NCBI GenBank assembly: GCA_937903035.1
Contig: CALCZP010000004.1
Coordinates: forward strand, 181,506-245,505
DNA length: 64,000 nucleotides
DNA from: an uncultured bacterium
Lineage (GTDB): Bacteria > Patescibacteriota > Minisyncoccia > Phycocordibacterales > UBA9973
Reading direction: 5' to 3'
The translations under genes were made by a program, and so were the position numbers. Positions 53,391-61,500 of the stretch are shown here, piece after piece. Every line of letters starts with the position of its first letter. Position 1 is the first letter of the stretch. Below the pieces are notes generated by a model, which ran no database searches, was not told the origin of the DNA, and saw only the letters and a program-made list of their open reading frames with translations.

Positions 53391-54668
53391 TTATCTACCT
53401 AAAATAGCACTAAGCGTATTTTGTCTAATAACGATACGCGCCGGAATATATCCTGCGACAATCGTCGCGACGAGCAAGATCGCAGTGCGGATCAACGTAC
53501 CCGATACTGTCGCAACAAGGATACCATCAGAGAATGGAAAGTCGATCGGATGTGCAACAAAGAGCGGTTTCAAAAAGAGAAAGACAACCGCAATACCGAC
53601 CCCTGATCCTGCAAGTGCATAAAAAATAGACTGGAGTATGTATGAGACCGTGATTGCACGAGGTGTAATACCAATACCTTTCAAAATACCGATGAAGCGA
53701 CGGCGTGTGATGGCGTTCACAAAAATCACAATAAAGATTGTGATGGCAGCAACCACAAGACCGATTGATGAAATACCATTTCCAAGGATTGCAAACGTTG
53801 CTTGAATATCTTTGAGAAATTTTGGCATCGCTTCGTCATGCGTTTGCACACGTGCATGTTCACCCACCCCACTTGCAATAAGTGATGCCTTGGCAACAAT
53901 AGGATCAACCCCTGGGAGTAATCTGACAGCAATCTGGTTGGCATCGTAGTCACTACGTCCGATGAGTTTGCGGGCTTCACTATCGAGCATGATGACCGAC
54001 TGATCAAAGGTATCCACCTTGCTCGAAATGATGCCTTTCAAATAATATTCTTTGGTAATATCTCCCACTGTGAGCCTGATGCGTGAGCCTACGGTCACAT
54101 CTTTGAGTGTTTGAAATCCTGGCGCTTCGATCGGGGTGTATTTGTAGATTAAGTTCTTGCCAAGTACGATCTGGTCGCTATCTCCTGGTTCGATAAATGA
54201 ACCTTCCACCATGAACTTTGCAATATCAGAAAACGCTGCTTCGGTATCAGGATTGATACCGAGGATTGAGCCGCCTGCACCATCACGAATCTCACCTGGC
54301 TTGATCGTCGTACGGTAGTTGCTCTCAATACGAGCACTCCCTGTATACCGCACAGCGAGTCGTGAAAAGCCTGGCAATGTTTTAATGGTTGCTACCACGT
54401 CTGGTGTCTGCTCGATGTAAGGCTTATTGAGAAATGGTGAAATCAGGATATCACCGGATGAGTATTGCTTGTCCGCACTGACCGATCCTTCGATGAGACC
54501 CACCAAAATACCGGAGACCACTACGAGGTTCAAGAACGTGAGGAGCATCACAAAGATAATGAGTGATGTCGTCCAGAGACTTGCACGCTTGAGCTCACGC
54601 TTCGCAAGAAATGCCCCGACCCGGAAGTCGATCATGAGTGTCTGCCAGAATGTTCGGTGTGCTCCCAT
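53391..54668 (-). CDS. ABC transporter permease, MacB/FtsX type (1 TM, large extracytoplasmic domain, 3 TM)
   Basis: 425 aa with FtsX-like topology. The C-terminal segment reads LKGIGITPRAITVSYILQSIFYALAGSGVG. Confidence 0.8.
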   Translation of the reverse strand: MGAHRTFWQTLMIDFRVGAFLAKRELKRASLWTTSLIIFVMLLTFLNLVVVSGILVGLIEGSVSADKQYSSGDILISPFLNKPYIEQTPDVVATIKTLPGFSRLAVRYTGSARIESNYRTTIKPGEIRDGAGGSILGINPDTEAAFSDIAKFMVEGSFIEPGDSDQIVLGKNLIYKYTPIEAPGFQTLKDVTVGSRIRLTVGDITKEYYLKGIISSKVDTFDQSVIMLDSEARKLIGRSDYDANQIAVRLLPGVDPIVAKASLIASGVGEHARVQTHDEAMPKFLKDIQATFAILGNGISSIGLVVAAITIFIVIFVNAITRRRFIGILKGIGITPRAITVSYILQSIFYALAGSGVGIAVVFLFLKPLFVAHPIDFPFSDGILVATVSGTLIRTAILLVATIVAGYIPARIVIRQNTLSAILGR

Positions 54669-54680
54669 TACGTGGATTAA

Positions 54681-56120
54681 TTATTTTGTACTCCAGACTA
54701 CCTGGTCACCATCAGTGAGACCGCTTTTGATTTCAACCACATCACCGTCTCCACGAAGACCAACTTCCACCGTACGAGTCTCCGTTTTCTTGTGACGAGC
54801 ATCAACGAGCACATCCACGGTATAGGCACCCTCTGGTGTATGCGTGAGTGCGCGACCAGGAATGGTCAGTACTTGGGTGAGGTGCGCCGCACTGATCGTC
54901 ATATTCGCTGTCATGCCAGGACGGATGTTTTCACTGTCACGAAGGAGTGCTTTGATCTTGTAGTTGACAATACTGTCCACAATAGTAGCTGAGGGATCGA
55001 TCGATGAGATCGCCGCCTGGTACGGCTTGTTGCTGCCAAATGCATCAAACGTCACTGCCACTGGCTGCTCAAGTGAAAGCAATGCAACCGATGTTTCATT
55101 AATGTTTGCTTCGAGATAGAGGTTGGATACATCCTGAAGAACAATGACTGGCTTGAGTGCATCAGGCACTTCACCTACTTTCACATCCACCCGAGTGATC
55201 GTACCGTCTGCAGGTGCACGAAGAATAGTCTTCTCAAGCGACGCATTTGCCGCATCAACTTGTGCCTGTGCGCTCACGATATCTGCAAGCGCTGCATCAA
55301 TCTCTGGCTGACGTGCCGTTGCACGAGTGAGTGCGAGCGCTGCTTCCTTTTCTTCGACGAGTGCTTTATTGGCAGTGTAGTTTGGACCACTTTTGTTTGG
55401 GATCAAAACCTTCCAGCTTGCATCAGCATCATTTGTTTTTGATGGAAATGCAATGCGGAGTCCTTTGGCACCAAGCGGTTGTGGCAAGACATCCACATCA
55501 GCGGTTCCCTTTTCAAGACCAGTAAAGCGGACATCAGTTTTCGTAAACGTATCAAATGAAATACGATATTCCCCTTCAACATCACCCGTATACGTACCAG
55601 TGATCACCGGAGCCTGCGCTGTATCACTCGCATCCTGCGGATCAGCGATGAGATCATCGCTGTAGAGTTTGCGAAGCGCATTTTGGAGCTGCACCTTTGC
55701 AAGTGCGACTTCTTCGTTTGAATTACCCTGGAGTACCTTATCATAGCGTGCTTGTGCCGCAAGAAGTCCGCCGCGCGCACTCTGATACGTTGCACGCTCA
55801 CTCGCATTCTTTTGCGTTGCGATGATGTCACCTTTTTTAACCTTGGTGCCAACCACAACACGAAGACTATCCACCATTTTGGTTGATTCAAATGAGAGTG
55901 AGAGGTCGGTCGAACTTACGACCACTCCACTTGCTGCAACCGTGCGATCAAGATCCTGACGCTTTGCTGTCTCAGTCACAAAGTCAGCATCAGCCTTGCC
56001 ACCACCGAGGAGCACGATGAGTGCAATACCAATGAGCGCAATGATGAGTACTTTGACGCGAAGGCGACGAGCGCTCCACCATACCTTGAATCTGTTCCAG
56101 AATTCTTTGACCTTTTGCAT
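54681..56120 (-). CDS. Membrane-fusion/periplasmic adaptor protein (HlyD/MacA-like)
   Basis: N-terminal TM, then biotinyl/lipoyl-like and coiled-coil regions and a beta-barrel domain. The start is set to the ATG at 56120, since the ORF-track start is TTG. Confidence 0.7.
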   Translation of the reverse strand: MQKVKEFWNRFKVWWSARRLRVKVLIIALIGIALIVLLGGGKADADFVTETAKRQDLDRTVAASGVVVSSTDLSLSFESTKMVDSLRVVVGTKVKKGDIIATQKNASERATYQSARGGLLAAQARYDKVLQGNSNEEVALAKVQLQNALRKLYSDDLIADPQDASDTAQAPVITGTYTGDVEGEYRISFDTFTKTDVRFTGLEKGTADVDVLPQPLGAKGLRIAFPSKTNDADASWKVLIPNKSGPNYTANKALVEEKEAALALTRATARQPEIDAALADIVSAQAQVDAANASLEKTILRAPADGTITRVDVKVGEVPDALKPVIVLQDVSNLYLEANINETSVALLSLEQPVAVTFDAFGSNKPYQAAISSIDPSATIVDSIVNYKIKALLRDSENIRPGMTANMTISAAHLTQVLTIPGRALTHTPEGAYTVDVLVDARHKKTETRTVEVGLRGDGDVVEIKSGLTDGDQVVWSTK

Positions 56121-56121
56121 A

Positions 56122-56664
56122 TTATTTAATACCCACAAGCTCTACTTCAAAGACAAGTGTTGCATTCGGAGGAATCACCCCGCCCGCACCAGCTGCTCCA
56201 TAGCCGAGCTCTGGTGGAATAGTGAGCATGCGAACTTCGCCAACTTTCATACCGAGCACACCTTCGTCCCATCCTTTGATCACCTGACCTGCGCCAAGTT
56301 TGAATGAGAAGGTACTGCCGCGAGGCTTGCTCGCATCAAATGTTGTGCCATCGGTAAGCTTGCCGACATAGTGGACTTCTGCGGTCTGTCCGTTGGTAAT
56401 GGCTGGGCCAGTGCCCTCTTTGGTGGTTTGAATAGTCATTTTTTTAGGATTAGATTGATTGGTAGTAGTTGGTGATTGTGGCTGCTGTTGTTGCTGCGTG
56501 CCTTCGATCGATGTTGGTTTTGACTCAGTAGATTCAGTAATCGATGGCGGCGGTGTCGTGGTATCTGATACCTGCACATCCTTTGGTGCTCCACCTAGCC
56601 ACCATATCAGAAGACCGATGCCTCCTGCAAGAATGATTCCTATAATGTATTTTTTCATATCCAT
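56122..56664 (-). CDS. Membrane-anchored FKBP-type peptidyl-prolyl cis-trans isomerase
   Basis: 180 aa with an N-terminal TM and a Thr/Pro/Gln-rich linker. The C-terminal FKBP domain reads VHYVGKLTDGTTFDAS...GWDEGVLGMKVGEVRMLTIPPELGYG. Confidence 0.9.
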   Translation of the reverse strand: MDMKKYIIGIILAGGIGLLIWWLGGAPKDVQVSDTTTPPPSITESTESKPTSIEGTQQQQQPQSPTTTNQSNPKKMTIQTTKEGTGPAITNGQTAEVHYVGKLTDGTTFDASKPRGSTFSFKLGAGQVIKGWDEGVLGMKVGEVRMLTIPPELGYGAAGAGGVIPPNATLVFEVELVGIK

Positions 56665-56736
56665 CTATCATACCACACCGCTATATATGAACGGTTTAGG
56701 ATTTCATACTATATATATGTATATAAATCAGAGATA

Positions 56737-58518
56737 TTAATTTGCAATGAACCGATACCCTGTACGAGGTGACCATGGAAGAGGTGTCGGTGATTGTATC
56801 CAGACAATACCATCAGTTGATGTCCAAATCTTATTGCCGAATGATCCGACATTTCGACTATCACCCACTACCATGGTTCCCTGTACTACCACCGCGTCCA
56901 TTTCTTGAAAGAGACCAATAGACGACGGGAATGTTGTACTCAGTAATGTCCATGAACTTCCGTTTGTTGAAGTATAAATTGAACGAGAAGATCCTCCTGA
57001 TACACCGCTCCATGCAACACCGCCCATGAAATACATTTTGTTGTTGTAGTTGAGGATTTTTGCATCGCTTGTGGTTCCAAGGATAGATGTGTCCGCAACT
57101 TTTGACCATGATATGCCGTTGATACTTTTCCATATATCTGACTGCGCATAGCTACATGGCAGACCTGATGTCGTACTATACCCCATTGGCACCGTGCACC
57201 CTGAAGGTAATACGCCCTGCACGCCACCAATCACATAGAGCGATCCATTAAATACTCCAAGTGTCGGATTTTCTCGCGCGAAAAACGGGAGTTGCACAGT
57301 CGTCCAATTGATACCATCAGTTGTTGACCATGCCTTTGCATATTCGATACCTCCCATATAATTTGAACGACCTCCAATAACGTAGATTTTGTTATTAAAC
57401 ACGATCGATTTATATCGATAATAATCAGCAAATGGTACTGTTGATGCAACCTGACTCCACGTCGTACCGTTAGATGAGTTCCATATATCAGTAAGACGCG
57501 GCACAAACGGCGTACCACCACCGAATACCCAGTATTTATTATTAAAAGAAAGTGCTTCGAAACTTCGACGGCCCGACCACATTGATGAAGCAGCAGTATT
57601 TGTAGACATTAATGACCACTGCTGAAGATTAGACGAAGAAAAAATGTCATTAAATGATGCATAAGGTGTTACGTCATTCCCACCCCCAAGAAATACTAGT
57701 GTACTAGAAGTAACAGATGGTGGGATAATTGCTGGACCAATAGTAAAGGTATTCCCTACAGGAGCAACACTTCCTATACCAGCCCACGTATACTGACCGG
57801 GAAAATCATAGTAGGTGTCTATTTGTACATTAATTTGAGCACCAACAAATGCAGTAGTTCGTATATCACCGTAGATTGCAAATTTCTTTGTCTCACCTGC
57901 AGTAAACGACAACATGAGTGGGATAAATTTATTTTCAAACGAAGATCCGATGAGTGGATCTACGATCGTTGTTCCGATCTGTACATTATCAGCACGAAGA
58001 AGCAGATTGGTAACCGTTGAAGAAACGACCGGACTTTGCGGTATGGTGATAGATATTCCATAGAGCGTGAGCGGATTATTAGCAGTGAAATCAAATTCCG
58101 CCAATTTCACGTTTGTAGTTCCCGCAGGAACTGTCTGAGCAGGAGGATTATCGATAGAAATAGTGGTTGTCAGGGTCGGAAGCGGATCATCCAAACATTT
58201 TTTGATCTTACTTATCCCCTTTTGTCGACACAATGGTGTTGCAACAATCTCGGGAGCTACTTCAAGTTGTGGCAACACTTGTCGTGGTGGTTTGATACCA
58301 CCTGTTTGAAAGGTAGGAATTTCAACGGTATCAATATCTTTTATATCGCGAGAAGGACGAATAGTCTCCCCTTTCGTAGGTACAACAGTCTCGATTTCAG
58401 CTATTTCTGATAGAGCAGAAAGGCTCTCAAGTGAGCGTCCAAACAGACGACTATTGTCGTTTTGTACTGGTACAAATACTCCAATACAAATCATTACTAC
58501 GGCGATATATCTATTCAT
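56737..58518 (-). CDS. Secreted Kelch-repeat beta-propeller protein
   Basis: 593 aa with a signal/TM N-terminus. The C-terminal half has repeated Kelch-type blades: NNKYWVFGGG, NNKIYVIGG, NGSLYVIGG and NNKMYFMGG. Confidence 0.65.
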   Translation of the reverse strand: MNRYIAVVMICIGVFVPVQNDNSRLFGRSLESLSALSEIAEIETVVPTKGETIRPSRDIKDIDTVEIPTFQTGGIKPPRQVLPQLEVAPEIVATPLCRQKGISKIKKCLDDPLPTLTTTISIDNPPAQTVPAGTTNVKLAEFDFTANNPLTLYGISITIPQSPVVSSTVTNLLLRADNVQIGTTIVDPLIGSSFENKFIPLMLSFTAGETKKFAIYGDIRTTAFVGAQINVQIDTYYDFPGQYTWAGIGSVAPVGNTFTIGPAIIPPSVTSSTLVFLGGGNDVTPYASFNDIFSSSNLQQWSLMSTNTAASSMWSGRRSFEALSFNNKYWVFGGGTPFVPRLTDIWNSSNGTTWSQVASTVPFADYYRYKSIVFNNKIYVIGGRSNYMGGIEYAKAWSTTDGINWTTVQLPFFARENPTLGVFNGSLYVIGGVQGVLPSGCTVPMGYSTTSGLPCSYAQSDIWKSINGISWSKVADTSILGTTSDAKILNYNNKMYFMGGVAWSGVSGGSSRSIYTSTNGSSWTLLSTTFPSSIGLFQEMDAVVVQGTMVVGDSRNVGSFGNKIWTSTDGIVWIQSPTPLPWSPRTGYRFIAN

Positions 58519-58559
58519 ATATGATGAATATTGTACATATTATATGAATAATGTCAATA

Positions 58560-61500
58560 TTACTCCCCTTCACTTGGTGCAGGAGCAGATGCTTCGCCGC
58601 TTCCTTCATCAGCCGGAGCACTTTCACCACCTTCATCCACAGGAGGTGTTTCTTCACTTGGAGATGTCACCTCACCCCCTCCGTCATCTGCAGGTGGTGG
58701 TGTCTGTTCATCACCTGATCCATCATTACTACTTCCTCCACTTGCTCCCCCTGCATTTGCTGCACCATTTTGAAGGAGCTGCTGGAGCTGATCTTTGCTG
58801 ACACAGACCTGATCTTCATCAGTACCGACACAGAGCTCTTCAGTCGTGACTTTCTTGGTCTTTACACTGTCCACGAGTGCTTCGCCACGCTCTGCAATAC
58901 CCTGGAGGAAGGTCGCGACTTTCTCGGCAAAGGTCTGATCTTCAAATACTGGCAATGCCTGTACCTTTATATCCATCTCTTGAATAGCTTTAATCGTATA
59001 AGGGATAAATCCGCCATAACCAACTGACTTGAATCCAGTAAGTGGATCAGTCTTTACAAGCTCAGGAAAGAGCTGTTCCACTTCCTGTGCAATGAAGCCT
59101 CCATGCGCTGGATCACTATCATCCTCTTTATTCCAGTTGTAGGTTACAGCACGAAGCTGAAGAATACGACCAAGAATACCATCTTCAACGCTTACAATAT
59201 TTTTCTTAAGCCGCTCATCAGAACTACAACTAAGAACTGCATTATCTACATCAATATCACAATGACCGTTTTGGTTTTCAAATCGAGCAACAACACCATC
59301 AGTAAGACTTCCATCACCAACATCCAATGTAAAATTGGCACCCGTATTCATAATACCCAATTTAAAGCCTGACTGATAGTTAGGATCACCGATAAATGAC
59401 GAGTTACCTGCAGGGTTAGAATCGAATCTCATAAACGGATCCCCTCCTGAAGCACCTGCTATATTAAGCTCACTATTCGTTGCATTAATACCATAGGTGA
59501 ACGCATCACTTCCAAGATGGTCATAGAAATAAAATCCGTTATCTGACGTACCACCTCCAATATTAAGGATTCGCTGGTTGGTTGAAGGATTTCTAAAATC
59601 TATCTCTGCGGTTGAAGGGTTTGCCTCTACATAGAAAAATGCAGTGTTGCTTCCTGATTCCTTAAGTCTAAGGAAACTACTTGATGAAGAAGTGTTAGCA
59701 ACAAAGAAGTCAGTATTTATAGGACTTCTTATATTAAATGCAGAACCAGTCGAATACGCCTCCATTAACATCGATTGATATCCTGTTATTGGATTAGTGA
59801 GACTCATTATGGCCTGCCCGGAATCCCCTTCCAGATGGAAGAATTCATTACCAGTTATTTCAGTTGCAGTAATGATAGTATCACTACCAGTTCCATACAT
59901 TTTGAAAAGTTCATTACCCTGTCTTTGGAAAGAAATTGATGCAGTCGTTGAATTTCCATATCCGGTGAAATATGTATCACCATTTTGATCAGACACATTA
60001 AAAGATGATCCTGTTGTTGAGGCAGATATACCAAATGCCTGATTTCCATTCGATGGTTCGGAAATAGTAAATGAACTAAAATTTGTACCACCAACAGCAT
60101 TCAAGAAGTTGTTACCATCACGATTGGAAGCCGAGATATAGTTGGTAGTCGTATTTCCTGATGCACTAAACATGTCATTTCCTTGGTATCCACTAAGACT
60201 CATGCCCCAGTATGTTGAAGCACCATAGAGATTGAACAAACCGTCACCTGTTGCACTATTGGAAACACTTATCCCGCCATTTACAGAAAGTTGGTTACTA
60301 CCATTATTCCAGACAAAGTTTGAACTCGCGCCGAATGCACCAGAGTTGTTGAACTGAATCTGGGTATTTGATCCTGCAGGAGTTCCGCCACCACTGCCAA
60401 TGTTTGTCCATGAGCCAGCACTGTTCTTGTACTGCATGGTGCCACTATTGTCGCGGATACCGTATCCAGATGAACCAAGTGTGCCAGTGAAGTTCAAATA
60501 GCTATTAGAAGGGTTGAGTGCAAGACCATTTCCAGTGAATTGAGCATATTCAGTAGCAGCATCACCAAACGAGACCTTCCCAGCATTTGGATATTGTTTG
60601 ATCCATGAACGAAGCGTTGAAGGTGTGAGGAATGACGCATCAACCGAAACACCACGAACATAACTTGTACTTTGCCAGTCAGTACCAGTGCTTTCGCGAA
60701 CAAGAAAGTCATTGATCATGAAGCTATTGGTCTGACCATTACCAGTAACACGGTTGAGTGTTTTGTAATTTCCAGTAGTTCCTCCTAGGTTGCCATAGAC
60801 AGTATTTTGAACAGTTCCACTCACATATACTGGCTCATTTACGTTCAAGCCAGCACCGTTGCTTGTAAACTGACCTCCGGCAAACACATACTGTCCATCA
60901 CCATAATCATACGATGCGATAGAAGTACCATTATAGTCTTCATACAGACCAGTCTCATCACAGGTACCAACGCATCCATTACCGATAAATGCACGACCAC
61001 TACCACCACTACCCATGATAATACTGTCTGAGTAAATGGCCGAACTTGCATGAACGTTTCCATTCACATCAAGGTTATAGCCAGGCGCTGGTGTGCCAAT
61101 ACCAACCCTTCCATTAGTATCAATTCCCATTCGAAAAGTATTACCGGTACCAAACTGAAGACCTTTACTTCCAGTTGTAGTAATATATGCAGTTTCCCCA
61201 TTCATACCTCCTGAAATAAGTGCAGATGCGTATGCGGAACCACCGTATCCAATTTCCAAAGCACGACTCGAACTATTTTGATCATTATAGATCCGGAGGC
61301 TTCCATAACTTGATGATGTAGGAGCTCGCAAAATAATACTATTAGCATCACCAACAATTTCAAGTTTTGCACCTGGTGCTTTTGTACCAATACCGATACT
61401 ACCTGAACTTATGGTTGTTCCCGTACCGTCAAGACCCGTACCATAAATCAAGTTTCCAATACTAAGCTGATTTGATCCCGTTGCTGAAGCAACATATGCA

